64,000 nt of DNA from the NCBI GenBank assembly GCA_963745025.1, contig CAVUWD010000016.1, positions 192,001 through 256,000 on the forward strand. The letters run 5' to 3'. This DNA is from an uncultured delta proteobacterium. Lineage in GTDB: Bacteria; Desulfobacterota; Binatia; JACPRU01. Numbering within the stretch: position 1 is the stretch's first letter; each line of letters begins with the position of its first letter. Positions 19,666 through 30,054 of the stretch are shown here, piece by piece. The translations under genes were made by a program, and so were the position numbers. The notes under the pieces were generated by a model. It made no database searches. It saw only the letters and a program-made list of their open reading frames with translations, and had not been told where the DNA came from.

Positions 19666-20796
19666 TTGGCGATCGGTGTCTTTTTCACCAACCGTTCAGA
19701 TCCCAAAATGACCCACAGCCGCGGACTCCTAGGGATTGAATTCCGTGTTCTCCTTCCGCAGCTTGGCGAGGTGCTCCGCTGGCGAGCGATAGCGTACCTG
19801 ATGGCGGCGGCGGCGCTCGGCCTCGCCGTCGCGACCGCGGTGCATTTCGGCCCGCGGCTCTACTATCGCGTGGTGCCGCCGAAGAAACACGGCCACCCGA
19901 TCGGGGAGGCCGAGGCGGCAGCGTTCGCGGAGGCCGCCAAACGATTCTCGGGACGCATCGTCTGGTCTTCGAATCGATCCGGCAACCACGAAATATATCT
20001 CGTGGACTTGCGCGGCGGAGCCCCGGTGCTCGAACGGCTGACCGACGATCCGCACGTCGACAGCTTTCCGCGCTTCTCTCCCGACGGCTCGAAGATCGTC
20101 TTCAATCGCAGCCGAGAGCCGTGGGTCTCGGACCGAAACCCCGAGCCTTGGGACGTCTGGATCATGGACGGGGGCGGCCGCAAGCCGCGGCGGCTCGCCG
20201 AGCGGGGCTTCCATGCGAGCTTCACGCCGGACGGGCGCGCCGTCGTCTTCGCGCGCGATGCCCAGGTCGTGCGTCATGCGCTCGGCGACGACCACGAGGA
20301 CGTGCTGGTCGATGCCGGGAAGACGCTCGGCGGCTGGGGGCAGGAGCCGGACTTGCGGGATCAGCGCCTGGCCGTCACCATCCGCGGCGCGGTGTTCGGC
20401 GCCTTCGGCATCTACGATCTCGGGGCGCGCAAGTTCACGGCGTTTCCCGGCGATTCCTGCCAGATCGCCTGGTGGCCGGGCGAGGAGCGATTGATCTGGA
20501 TCGAGGGCCATCAGGGAAACGGCGGTACCCGCGTCGCCTGGGGACCGAGCGACGGTAAGCGGGTCGAGACGCTGATCGATCTTCCGGGGAAATACAGCCA
20601 CGAATACTTCCCGCGCTTGAGCCGCGACGGGAAGTGGCTCGTGTGGGCCGCCTCGGCGGGAGACCACGAGCCCGGCCGCGCGGACTACGAGATCTTTCTC
20701 TGGAAGGTCGGCGAGCCTCGCGAGCAGGCGCTGCGACTCACCTATCACACCGGCAACGACCAATGGCCGGACATCGTGCCGAGCGCCCGGCAATGA
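19666..20796 (+). CDS. TolB-like beta-propeller (PD40 repeat) protein
   Basis: WSSNRSGNHEIY, PRFSPDGSKIVF, SFTPDG, PRLSRDGKWLVW, QWPD repeats after one TM. Start uncertain. Confidence 0.8.
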   Translation: MAIGVFFTNRSDPKMTHSRGLLGIEFRVLLPQLGEVLRWRAIAYLMAAAALGLAVATAVHFGPRLYYRVVPPKKHGHPIGEAEAAAFAEAAKRFSGRIVWSSNRSGNHEIYLVDLRGGAPVLERLTDDPHVDSFPRFSPDGSKIVFNRSREPWVSDRNPEPWDVWIMDGGGRKPRRLAERGFHASFTPDGRAVVFARDAQVVRHALGDDHEDVLVDAGKTLGGWGQEPDLRDQRLAVTIRGAVFGAFGIYDLGARKFTAFPGDSCQIAWWPGEERLIWIEGHQGNGGTRVAWGPSDGKRVETLIDLPGKYSHEYFPRLSRDGKWLVWAASAGDHEPGRADYEIFLWKVGEPREQALRLTYHTGNDQWPDIVPSARQ

Positions 20797-20812
20797 CGTC
20801 GCGGGACGACGA

Positions 20813-22000
20813 ATGAGGCTTCTCTGGATCGCCCCGCAGGCGTTCTACAGCGCTCGCGGCACGCCGATGAACGTGCGCCGTCTCGCCGAAGCGATCGCGA
20901 CCGCCGGCCATTCCATCGATCTCGTCACCTACGGCTTCGGCGATGACGTTCCGCTGCCGCCGAGCGTCCGCATCGTGCGCGCGGGACGATTGCCATTCGT
21001 TAGCCACGTGCCGATCGGGCCGTCGCTCGTGAAGATCCTGCTCGACGTCCGGGTCTTTCTCCGCGCCTTGCGGCTGTTTCGCTCGCCGCAACCGCGCTAC
21101 GACGCGATCCAGGGATTCGAGGAAGGGGCCTGGATCGCGGCCGCGCTATCGCGCCTCTTCGCCGTGCCGTTCGTCTACGACATGGACTCCGACATCGAGG
21201 CGCAGCTCCGCGAGTCACGGCTCCTTCGCTGGGTGGTGCCGCTGGCGCGGCGGATCGATCGCTCGGCCGTGCGTGACTCGATTGCGGTGCTGACGGTCTG
21301 CGCGACGCTGAGCGAGCGGGTGCAACGGCTGGCGCCGGGAAAACCGGTGTTCCAGATCGAGGATGCGCCGAACGTGATCGCGTTCGGCGATCGGCAGGCT
21401 GCGCGCCGCGAGGTCGAGCGCCGGTGGCAGCTCCCCCGCGGTCCGCTGATCGTCTACACGGGAAACCTGGAACCGTACCAAGGCGTCGATCTGCTCGTCC
21501 GCGCCGCCGCGGCGGTCTCGGTGGAACGGCGCGATGCCGTGTTCCTGATCGTCGGCGGCAACGACGCGCAGGTGAGGCGGCTTCGCGAGCTCGCTCGCGA
21601 GGTCGGCGCCGCGGATCGAGTGGTCCTGCTCGGCGAGCGGCCCGAGACGGAGATGCCCATGTTTCTGGCCAGCGCCGACGTGCTCGTCTCGCCGCGCAGC
21701 CTCGGCACCAACACGCCGCTGAAGCTCTATGCCTATCTGATGTCGGGGTGTCCCGTGGTGGTGACGGATCGGCCCGTGCACACCCAGGTGTTGTCCGCCG
21801 AGGAAGCCGTGCTCGCGTCGGCGACGCCGGAGGGGCTTGCGGAGGCGATTCTCGAAGTGCTCCGCGATCCCGAGCGCGGCGCGAGGATCGCCCGAAACGC
21901 CCTCGGGCTCGTGGCCACGCGCTATTCCCCCGCCGCCTTTGCCGACAAGGCACGCGCCTTCGCCACGACGATCGAGTCGCTGGTGGCGGAGCGTAAGTAG
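20813..22000 (+). CDS. Glycosyltransferase family 4
   Basis: GT-B pattern: IVYTGNLEPYQGVDLL, ADVLVSPR, PLKLYAYL. Confidence 0.9.
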   Translation: MRLLWIAPQAFYSARGTPMNVRRLAEAIATAGHSIDLVTYGFGDDVPLPPSVRIVRAGRLPFVSHVPIGPSLVKILLDVRVFLRALRLFRSPQPRYDAIQGFEEGAWIAAALSRLFAVPFVYDMDSDIEAQLRESRLLRWVVPLARRIDRSAVRDSIAVLTVCATLSERVQRLAPGKPVFQIEDAPNVIAFGDRQAARREVERRWQLPRGPLIVYTGNLEPYQGVDLLVRAAAAVSVERRDAVFLIVGGNDAQVRRLRELAREVGAADRVVLLGERPETEMPMFLASADVLVSPRSLGTNTPLKLYAYLMSGCPVVVTDRPVHTQVLSAEEAVLASATPEGLAEAILEVLRDPERGARIARNALGLVATRYSPAAFADKARAFATTIESLVAERK

Positions 22001-22007
22001 GCGCACG

Positions 22008-23666
22008 ATGGAGCGCGACCTCCGCAAGCTGTCGGCCGGCCGCTTCGACGTCGCGGTCGTGGGCGGTGGCATCTACGGTGTGTGTATCGCCCGCGATGCG
22101 GCGCTACGCGGCCTCGCGGTCGCGCTCGTCGAGAAGGAAGACTTCGGCGGGGCGACATCGGCGAACAGCCACAAGATCGTTCATGGGGGGTTGCGCTACC
22201 TGCAGCACGGGGATCTCCGTCGCCTGCGGGAGTCGATTCACGAGCGGTCGGTGCTTCTGCGGATTGCCCCCCATCTGGTTCGGCCGCAAGCGTTCCTGAT
22301 GCCGACGTACGGTCATGGGCTTCGCGGCCGTGAGGCGCTGTTCGTCGCGCTCAAGCTGAACGATCTCCTGAGCCTCGACCGCAATCGAGCGCTCGAGCCG
22401 TCCCGGCGGATTCCTCCCGCGCGGATCGTGTCGAGGAGCGAGTGCCTGCGGCTCGTGCCGGGCATTCCGGAGCAGGGACTCACCGGCGGGGCGCTCTGGT
22501 ACGACGGCTTGATGCTGAATTCGGAGCGTCTGCTCTTGGCGATCCTGCGCTCGGCGATCGAGGCCGGAGCAGAGGCGCTCAACTACGCGGAAGCGACCGA
22601 GGTTCTGGTCAGCGGTGGTCGTGCCGAGGGACTCCGGGTTCGCGACGCCTTGGCGGGAGATACGTTCGAGCTTCGCGCTCGCGTCATCGTCAACGCGACC
22701 GGCCCCTGGTCCGTCGAGGGCTTGGGCGGCCGCGCGTCTCCGCCGCAGAAGCGTACGATTCGCCTCGCCAAGGCGATGAATCTCGTGACGCGCTCGATCC
22801 TCGGCGAGCATGCGATCGGCGTCGCTCGGCGCTTTCGCGACGCGAGCGGGGCGGTGCAGCGCGATCGACGGCTCTTCTTCTTCGTGCCATGGCACGACCG
22901 GACGCTCATCGGCACGACCTATCTGCCATACGACGGAGCGCCGGATGGCTTCGCGGTCACGGAGCCGGAGATCGAGCGGTTCTTGGACGAGGTCAACTCG
23001 GCGTATCCGCCGGCGCGGCTGTCACGCGCCGACGTGTGCTTCGTGCACGGCGGTCTGGTGCCGGCGGCTGGCGGCGGCGAAGCGGCCGCCGAGGTCGAGT
23101 TGGCGACGCGCTACCAGATCCGCGATCATGCCGAGGAGGGGCTCGATCGTATGATCACGGTGACGGGGGTGAAGTACACGACCGCGCGCGGCGTCGCCGA
23201 AACGGTCGTCGACCGCGTGTCTTCCAAGCTCGGCACGGAAGGCCCGCGCTCGCGGAGCGCCCAGCTCCCGGTTTGGGGCGGGGACGTCGAGCGAGTCGAG
23301 GATTACGTCGCTCGCGAGACCGCGGCGCCGCTTCCGGGAGTGACGGCGCGGACGGTCCGGCGCCTGATCACCCACTACGGCTCGCGCTATCGAGACGTGA
23401 TCGAGGAGGCCGGCGGAGATAGCCGCCGGCTCGCGCCGATCGCCGATGGGACGGACGTCACCGGCGCCGAGGTGATGTTCGCGGTTCGCCGCGAGATGGC
23501 CGCGAAGCTCGCCGACGTCGTGTTCCGGCGCACCGACCTCGGCTCCGCCGGCCACCCGGGGGAGGTCGCGTTGGCGGCCGCAGCCGCGCTCGTCGCGAGA
23601 GATCTCGGCTGGGACGAGGCTCGGGTCGCCAGCGAGATCGCCGAGGTGAGGCAACGTTTTCCGTGA
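22008..23666 (+). CDS. glpD: FAD-dependent glycerol-3-phosphate dehydrogenase/oxidase family protein
   Basis: VVGGGIYG, DAALRGL, TSANSHKIVHGGLRYL, VNATGPW, GVKYTTAR, RRTDLG. Confidence 0.85.
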   Translation: MERDLRKLSAGRFDVAVVGGGIYGVCIARDAALRGLAVALVEKEDFGGATSANSHKIVHGGLRYLQHGDLRRLRESIHERSVLLRIAPHLVRPQAFLMPTYGHGLRGREALFVALKLNDLLSLDRNRALEPSRRIPPARIVSRSECLRLVPGIPEQGLTGGALWYDGLMLNSERLLLAILRSAIEAGAEALNYAEATEVLVSGGRAEGLRVRDALAGDTFELRARVIVNATGPWSVEGLGGRASPPQKRTIRLAKAMNLVTRSILGEHAIGVARRFRDASGAVQRDRRLFFFVPWHDRTLIGTTYLPYDGAPDGFAVTEPEIERFLDEVNSAYPPARLSRADVCFVHGGLVPAAGGGEAAAEVELATRYQIRDHAEEGLDRMITVTGVKYTTARGVAETVVDRVSSKLGTEGPRSRSAQLPVWGGDVERVEDYVARETAAPLPGVTARTVRRLITHYGSRYRDVIEEAGGDSRRLAPIADGTDVTGAEVMFAVRREMAAKLADVVFRRTDLGSAGHPGEVALAAAAALVARDLGWDEARVASEIAEVRQRFP

Positions 23667-24478
23667 GCGCTTCTCCACCTCGCCGGAACCCCGCTCCCGA
23701 AAACGCCTGGGCGCTTCGGCTCTTCGACAAGTCGATCCTCAAGCAGGCGAAGTACCGAGCGCTCGTCCGCCATGTCGGCGACACCACCGACAAGGACTGC
23801 CTCGATCTCGGCTCCGACAACGGCGTCATCAGCTACCTGCTTCGCGCACGCGGGGGGCGCTGGTCGAGTGCGGATCTCTCCGAAAAGGCGGTCGCCTCGA
23901 TCCGCAGCCTCGTCGGCTCGAACGTCTACCGCATCGATGGAGCCCGCATGTGCATGCCGTTCGCCGACGCCTCCTTCGATCTGGTGGTGATCATCGATTT
24001 CCTCGAGCACGTCCGCGACGATGCCGGCTGCGTGGCGGAGATCGCGCGCATCCTGCGGCCGGGCGGGGATCTCGTCGTCAACACGCCGCATGCCAAGCGG
24101 CGGAGCCTGCTGCGCGCGCTGCGCGACCGGCTCGGTCTCACCGACGAGTGGCACGGTCACGTCCGGCCCGGCTACACGCGCGACGAATTGCGAGCGCTCC
24201 TTGGCGGCCGCTTCGCGATCGAGAGCTCCGCGACCTACTCGAAGGTCTTCTCCGAAGCTCTCGATGTGGCGCTCAACTACGCGTATCTGCGGAGCCGCCC
24301 GGTGGGAGACGACCGTGCGAAGGGCACCGTCGTCACGGCGGCGGATCTGGAAAAGAGCGCGCGCCAGTTCCGCCTGCTCGCCAGGCTGCATCCGCTGCTC
24401 TGGCTCTGGGCGAAGCTCGACTTCCTCTGCGCCGGCGCGCAGGGCTACTACCTGATCGCCAAAGCGCGAAAGATCTAG
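23663..24478 (+). CDS. Class I SAM-dependent methyltransferase
   Basis: LDLGSDNG, PFADASFD, DFLEHV, RILRPGG, GHVRPGY. Confidence 0.85.
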   Translation: MSASPPRRNPAPENAWALRLFDKSILKQAKYRALVRHVGDTTDKDCLDLGSDNGVISYLLRARGGRWSSADLSEKAVASIRSLVGSNVYRIDGARMCMPFADASFDLVVIIDFLEHVRDDAGCVAEIARILRPGGDLVVNTPHAKRRSLLRALRDRLGLTDEWHGHVRPGYTRDELRALLGGRFAIESSATYSKVFSEALDVALNYAYLRSRPVGDDRAKGTVVTAADLEKSARQFRLLARLHPLLWLWAKLDFLCAGAQGYYLIAKARKI

Positions 24479-24664
24479 CGGGGTGCAAGCGATGAATCGC
24501 CAGAGCGGATACCGGTCTCTCCCGGTCGGGGACGGACACGTCGAACGGCGCCCGCCTGTGCAGAATGGACGGCTCGGCCGCCTGATCGGGGGAGGAGCGT
24601 GCGGCATGGATCGCTCCCGTTGGTCGCGACATACTTCGGCCGAGCATCCGACCGAGGTCGCCTG

Positions 24665-25393
24665 ATGGGCGGCGGGTTTCCGGAGACCGCTGACGTCGAG
24701 ACCGCCTCGGAAGACTACGCCCGGCGGTTTGCCGGCCCGGTCGGCGCATGGTTTCTGGAGCTTCAAGCCCGATCCACTCTCGAGCTCCTGAGCCCGCTCG
24801 GACGTGGCGCGCGCCTTCTCGACGTCGGCGGCGGCCACGCACAGCTCACGCCTGCGCTCGTCGACGCTGGATACGATGTGACGGTCGTCGGCAGCGCGCC
24901 GGCGTGCGCCGAGCGCCTGTCCGCTTGGCTCGCGAGCGGATGCTGCCGGTTCGAGGTCGGCAACGTCATCGACCTGCCCTACGCCGACCGCTCGTTCGAT
25001 GCCGTGTTGTGTTTTCGATTGTTGCCGCACGTCTCGGCCTGGCAGGCTCTCCTCCGTCAGCTTTGTCGGGTCGCTCGGCGATCGGTCGTCGTCGACTACC
25101 CGTCGTCCCGAAGCGTCAACGTGCTCTCCGGCGGTCTCTTCGCCGCCAAGAAGCGCTTCGAGGGCAACACGCGGCCGTTCGTGCAATACCGCCCGGTCGA
25201 GATCGAGCGGGCGCTTCTGGTCCACGGTTTCCGCGTGACGGCTTCGCGCCCGCAGTTCCTTTGGCCGATGGTGCTCCACCGCATGATCGGCCGCGTCGGC
25301 GTGTCGAAGGCACTCGAGGCTCCCGGGCGCGCAACCGGCCTCTTGCGGCTCCTCGGCTCGCCGGTCATCGTCCGCGCCGAGCGGGTGAATTGA
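24665..25393 (+). CDS. Class I SAM-dependent methyltransferase
   Basis: LLDVGGGHAQ, LPYADRSFDAV, RLLPHV, LCRVAR. Confidence 0.85.
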   Translation: MGGGFPETADVETASEDYARRFAGPVGAWFLELQARSTLELLSPLGRGARLLDVGGGHAQLTPALVDAGYDVTVVGSAPACAERLSAWLASGCCRFEVGNVIDLPYADRSFDAVLCFRLLPHVSAWQALLRQLCRVARRSVVVDYPSSRSVNVLSGGLFAAKKRFEGNTRPFVQYRPVEIERALLVHGFRVTASRPQFLWPMVLHRMIGRVGVSKALEAPGRATGLLRLLGSPVIVRAERVN

Positions 25394-25427
25394 CAGCCCG
25401 CCGGGGCCGCGGTACCAGGCACGCCCC

Positions 25428-26411
25428 ATGCGCGTGCTGATCACCGGAGGGACCGGCTTCACGGGCAGCCATGCCGTGCGCCGCCATCTCGCGCGCGGCC
25501 ACTCGGTCCGCGTCCTCGACAACCACAAGGGCGTGTTCTTCGACGAGCTCTCCGGCGCTGGCGCGGAAATCCAGCTCGGCTCGGTCGCCGACCGTGAAGC
25601 CGTTCGCAAGGCGGTCGAGAACGTGGAGCTCGTCCATCACATCGCCGCCGCCTTCCGCGAGATCAACGTACCGAAGAGCGTCTACAAGAGCGTCAACGTC
25701 GACGGCACGCGGTTCGTCGCGGAGGAGGCGCTGCGGGCGGGCGCGCGGCGTGTCGTCTACTGCTCGACCGAGGGCGTGCACGGGCACGTGGTCGATCCGC
25801 CGGCGAACGAGGAAGCGCCGATCGCCCCCGAGGACTACTACCAACAGACCAAGTGGGAGGGCGAGATTGCGTTCCGGGAGGTGATGGGGCGGGGGCTCGA
25901 CGGCGTGATCCTGCGGCCGACGGGGATCTACGGCCCCGGAGATCCGGCGCGGTTTCTCATGCTCTTCCGCATGGTGAAGCGCGGTCACTTCTTCATCGTC
26001 GGCGACGGACGCGCGCAATATCACCCGCTCTACATCGACAACCTCTGCGACGCGTTCGAGCTGGCGGCCGAGAAGGCCGAGGCGCGCGGTGAGACGTTCC
26101 TCATCGCCGACGATCGCTCCTTGTCGTGGAACGAGCTGATTCCGTTGGTGGCGAAGACGCTCGGCATCGACGTCAAGATCCACTATCTCCCGCTCGGACC
26201 AGTCTGGCTCGGGGCGGCGCTCTGCGAGGCCGCGTGTTGGCCCTTCGGCATCACGCCGCCGCTCTTTCGTCGTCGCGCCGAGATGTTCTCGCACATGCGC
26301 GCATTCGACATCTCCAAGGCCCGGCGCATGCTCGGCTACGAGCCGAAGGTGCCCCTCGAAGAAGGGCTCGCGCGCACGTGCGCCTGGTACCGCGCGCACG
26401 GGTATCTCTGA
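25428..26411 (+). CDS. NAD-dependent epimerase/dehydratase (extended SDR)
   Basis: ITGGTGFTG, NVDGT, YQQTK (YxxxK), IYGPGD. Confidence 0.92.
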   Translation: MRVLITGGTGFTGSHAVRRHLARGHSVRVLDNHKGVFFDELSGAGAEIQLGSVADREAVRKAVENVELVHHIAAAFREINVPKSVYKSVNVDGTRFVAEEALRAGARRVVYCSTEGVHGHVVDPPANEEAPIAPEDYYQQTKWEGEIAFREVMGRGLDGVILRPTGIYGPGDPARFLMLFRMVKRGHFFIVGDGRAQYHPLYIDNLCDAFELAAEKAEARGETFLIADDRSLSWNELIPLVAKTLGIDVKIHYLPLGPVWLGAALCEAACWPFGITPPLFRRRAEMFSHMRAFDISKARRMLGYEPKVPLEEGLARTCAWYRAHGYL

Positions 26412-26444
26412 TCGGTCGCCTCGTGTATCGTACCGCCTCAGTTT

Positions 26445-28358
26445 ATGTGCGGCATCGTCGGAATCGTCGAGCCTGACAACCGGCCGGTGGATCGGGTCAC
26501 GCTCGGCGCGATGTGCCGGACGATGCTGCATCGCGGGCCCGACGGCGCCGGCATTCACGTGGACGGTTCGATCGGCCTCGCCATGCAGCGCCTGGCGATC
26601 ATCGATCTCGCGGGCGGCTCCCAGCCGATGTCGAACGAGGGCTGCCCGCGCGCCCGGGGGGAGAGCTGGATCGTCTACAACGGAGAGGTCTACAACCACG
26701 CGATCCTTCGCCGCGAGCTCGAAGCACTCGGCCATCGATTCCGCACCCGCTGCGACACCGAAGCCATCCTCCACGCCTACGAGGAGTGGGGTGAGCGCGC
26801 GGTCGAGCGTCTGAACGGCATGTTCGGCTTCGCGATCTGGGACGGGGCTCGCCGCGAACTCTTTCTCGCGCGCGACCGTCTCGGCATCAAGCCGCTCTAC
26901 TACTCGTGGAGCGGCGGTCGGCTGGTATTCGCCTCGGAGATCAAGGCGATCCTCGAAGACCCGAGCGTCGAGCGCGCGGTCGATCCTCAGGCCGTCTTCG
27001 ACTACGTGGGTTACGAGTTCGTCCCGGGCCCGCGCACGATGTTCGCCGGCATCCACAAGCTTCAGCCGGGGCACACGATGACGCTCCGCGACGGGCGGAC
27101 CACCACCCGTCAGTACTGGGACCTGAGCTTCCGTCCCGTCGAGCTCGCGTGGGAGGACGCCAAGCGGCGCATCCTCGAGCTGCTGCAGAAGTCCGTCGAG
27201 CGGCGCTTGATGAGCGACGTGCCGCTCGGAGTGTTCCTCTCCGGCGGCGTCGACTCGTCGAGCGTGCTCGCCATGATGAGCCGTCTCACCGACCAGAAAA
27301 TCCGCACGTTCACGATCGGCTACGACGATCCGTCGTTCAGCGAGATCGAGTACGCGCGGGCGGTCGCCAAGCGCTTCGACACCGCGCACACAGAGGTCAT
27401 GATCCGGCCGGTCCGGCCCGAGGACATCGAGCGGGGCGTGTGGCATCTCGACGAGCCGATGACCGATCTTTCGGCGATTCCGCTGATGCTGCTCTGCGAG
27501 CGCGTTCGCCAGGACGTGATCGTCTGTCTCTCGGGAGAGGGTGGCGACGAGGTCTTCGTCGGCTACGACCGGTTCCGCGCCAGCCGTTTCAGCGCCCGCT
27601 ATTACGAGCGCCTGCCTCGGCGGCTGCGCCGCCGTTTGATCGAACCCCTGGTGCGGCGGCTTCCGGACCAGGAGCAGAAGAAGGGCGCGGTCAACGTCGT
27701 CAAGCGCTTCGTCGACGGAGCGAGCTTGGATCCGGCCGGCGAGCACATGCGCTGGCAGTATTTCCTCTCGGTTGATCTCGCTTCCGCGCTCTTCCGACGC
27801 GAGGCCCTCGATCGGGTCGACGCCGACCCCTTCCGGCTCGTCGGCGAATGGGCGAGCCAGTGCCCGTCCGGCGAGCGGCTCGACCGCGAGGTCTACGTGG
27901 ATCTCAAGATGACGATGGCGGACAGCGTGCTCATGAAGGTCGACAAGATGAGCATGGCGAGCTCGCTCGAGGTCCGCGTGCCGTTTCTCGATCACGAGCT
28001 CGTGGAGTTCGCGACCGGGCTCCCGCCCGAGTGGAGGATGCGCGGCTTCGAGACCAAGACGATCCTCAAGGAGGCGATGCTCGAGTACCTTCCTCGGGAG
28101 ATCCTCTACCGCAAGAAGCAGGGCTACAGCCTGCCGATCAAGAATTGGCTACGCAACGAGCTGCGCGATTATGCCCGTCACGAGATCGAGCGCAGCGAGC
28201 TCGTTCGCGAGGTCTTCGAGCCGGCGGCGATCGAGCGCGTCTGGGGGGAGCACCTCGCGCGGCGGCACAACCACAACCATTTGCTCTGGGCGCTACTCAA
28301 CCTCGCCCTCTGGCACCGCCGGTTCTTCAGCGGCGGGCGAGCCGTCGCGGCCGCGTGA
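26445..28358 (+). CDS. asnB: Asparagine synthase (glutamine-hydrolysing) family amidotransferase
   Basis: MCGI N-terminus, HRGPD, NGEVYN, RDRLGIKPLYY, FLSGGVDSS, SGEGGDE, EVRVPFLD. Confidence 0.95.
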   Translation: MCGIVGIVEPDNRPVDRVTLGAMCRTMLHRGPDGAGIHVDGSIGLAMQRLAIIDLAGGSQPMSNEGCPRARGESWIVYNGEVYNHAILRRELEALGHRFRTRCDTEAILHAYEEWGERAVERLNGMFGFAIWDGARRELFLARDRLGIKPLYYSWSGGRLVFASEIKAILEDPSVERAVDPQAVFDYVGYEFVPGPRTMFAGIHKLQPGHTMTLRDGRTTTRQYWDLSFRPVELAWEDAKRRILELLQKSVERRLMSDVPLGVFLSGGVDSSSVLAMMSRLTDQKIRTFTIGYDDPSFSEIEYARAVAKRFDTAHTEVMIRPVRPEDIERGVWHLDEPMTDLSAIPLMLLCERVRQDVIVCLSGEGGDEVFVGYDRFRASRFSARYYERLPRRLRRRLIEPLVRRLPDQEQKKGAVNVVKRFVDGASLDPAGEHMRWQYFLSVDLASALFRREALDRVDADPFRLVGEWASQCPSGERLDREVYVDLKMTMADSVLMKVDKMSMASSLEVRVPFLDHELVEFATGLPPEWRMRGFETKTILKEAMLEYLPREILYRKKQGYSLPIKNWLRNELRDYARHEIERSELVREVFEPAAIERVWGEHLARRHNHNHLLWALLNLALWHRRFFSGGRAVAAA

Positions 28359-29317
28359 CTCGGAAGACCGCCTGGCTCTTCGTTCGGCTCGGCGTCAGCG
28401 CGGCTCTGATCGGCTGGCTGCTTCGCCGCGTCGATGCGTACGCCGTGGCCGAGCAGATCGGCTCCATCGGCTTCGCCAACCTCCTGGTGATTCTCGCCCT
28501 CCAGTTTCTCAACACCGGCCTCAAGTCCTACAAATGGCAGCGACTCCTCGCCGCGGACGGCATCGACTTGTCGCATTCGACCGCGTTCGCGTCCTATCTG
28601 GTTTCGTCCTTCTTCAGCTTGTTTCTGCCCACCGCGATCGGCGGGGATGCGGTGCGCGCGGTCGATGTGGCCCGGCGGAGCGGAAGGAGAGTGGCGACCG
28701 CCACGTCCGTCATCGCCGACCGCGTGCTCGGTTTTGCCGCCATCGGCCTGGTCGGTCTGACCGCGCTGGCGGCGGGATCCGCAGCCGTCCTCGCGCCGCG
28801 ACTGCGATGGAGCGGCGCGGTTCTCTACGCGGGCGTTCTCGTGGCGAGCGCCGCGCTGTTCGCCGGCTGGCCGCTGCGGCTGCTGGAGGCGCTCGGATTC
28901 GCCCGTTTGCGGCGTCTCGACCGGCTAGCGCGCAGCGCCGCGGCCTCTCTCGGCGCGTACCGGCGCAACGGCCGGCTCGCCGAGCTCACGGCCCTCTCGA
29001 TCGCCGCCCAGGCGATCGTCGTGGTGGCCGTGTACGTGATCGGCCGCTCGCTCACGATCGCCGTGCCGCTCTCGTACTTCTTCGTCATCGTACCGCTCAT
29101 CGGCCTCGTCGAGTCGGTGCCCGTGTCGATCTACGGGATCGGGCTGCGCGACGTCTCCTACGTGTACCTCCTCGGCCTCGTCGGCGTCTCGCAGGCGGAG
29201 TCGTTGTCGCTTTCGGTCCTCTACGTGATACTGACCGTCGTCTACGCGCTCTTCGGCGGCGTGGTGTTCGCGCTGCGAGGGTCCGCGACACCGGCCCTGG
29301 CGAGGAAGGACGGATGA
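28355..29317 (+). CDS. Lysylphosphatidylglycerol-synthase TM domain (flippase-like) protein
   Basis: KWQRLL, FLPTAIGGDAVR, ADRVLG, PVSIYGIGLRD. GTGA overlap. Confidence 0.85.
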   Translation: MTRKTAWLFVRLGVSAALIGWLLRRVDAYAVAEQIGSIGFANLLVILALQFLNTGLKSYKWQRLLAADGIDLSHSTAFASYLVSSFFSLFLPTAIGGDAVRAVDVARRSGRRVATATSVIADRVLGFAAIGLVGLTALAAGSAAVLAPRLRWSGAVLYAGVLVASAALFAGWPLRLLEALGFARLRRLDRLARSAAASLGAYRRNGRLAELTALSIAAQAIVVVAVYVIGRSLTIAVPLSYFFVIVPLIGLVESVPVSIYGIGLRDVSYVYLLGLVGVSQAESLSLSVLYVILTVVYALFGGVVFALRGSATPALARKDG

Positions 29318-30054
29318 GCGGGGGTACGAAATTCCAGGAGTCTCTGCTCGAGCGCGGATCGTCGCGCGCCGAGCAGTATCGCGACGCCGTGGTCGGCGCC
29401 GAGAGCGGTTGGCTCGGCCTCGCCTATTACGAGCTGGTGACCGCGATCTTCGGCGGCGCGCCCGGGGCTCTCGGCCTGGCGCTGCGCGGCGCTCTCTACC
29501 GGCCGCTCTTCGGGCGGCTCGGCCGCGGCGTCGTGCTCGGGCGAGGGCTCGTGCTGCGTCATCCGCGGCGCATCGCGATCGGAGACCGGGCGCTCGTCGA
29601 CGACGACTGCGTGCTCGACGCGCGCGGCGCGGCCGAGGGCCTGACGATCGGCGAGGGGACGCTGGTCAGCCGCGGCACGATTCTCTCGTGCAAAGAGGGT
29701 CCGATCACCGTGGGGGCGCGCGCGAATTTGGGCTGGCGCTGCGTGGTGAGCTCGGTGGGCGGCGTGGTCATCGAAGAGGCGGCGCTTTTCGCCGGCGGCT
29801 GCTACGTGGGCGGAGGGCGCTACCATCTCGACGATCGCGACCGCTCGATCGCCTCGCAGGGCAGCTTTTCCAAGGGTCCCGTGCACGTCGGCCGCGGATC
29901 CTGGATCGGGGCCCATGCGGTGATCCTGGACGGCGTGCGGGTGGGCGACGGCGCGGTGGTCGCCGCAGGGGCCGTCGTCGCCGATGACGTGCCGCCGTTC
30001 ACGATCGTCGGCGGCGTGCCGGCCCGGGTCATCCGTGAGCGTGGCGGCGGCTGA
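29314..30054 (+). CDS. Hexapeptide-repeat (LbH) acyltransferase
   Basis: Hexapeptide repeats, WIGAHAVILDGVRVGDGAVVAAGAVV, GGVPARVI. Confidence 0.9.
   Translation: MSGGTKFQESLLERGSSRAEQYRDAVVGAESGWLGLAYYELVTAIFGGAPGALGLALRGALYRPLFGRLGRGVVLGRGLVLRHPRRIAIGDRALVDDDCVLDARGAAEGLTIGEGTLVSRGTILSCKEGPITVGARANLGWRCVVSSVGGVVIEEAALFAGGCYVGGGRYHLDDRDRSIASQGSFSKGPVHVGRGSWIGAHAVILDGVRVGDGAVVAAGAVVADDVPPFTIVGGVPARVIRERGGG

Noticed and set aside
24479-24664. Imperfect inverted repeat in the gap between two methyltransferase genes
   Set aside because: Pairing is weak for this GC content, and no RNA family or second copy was seen
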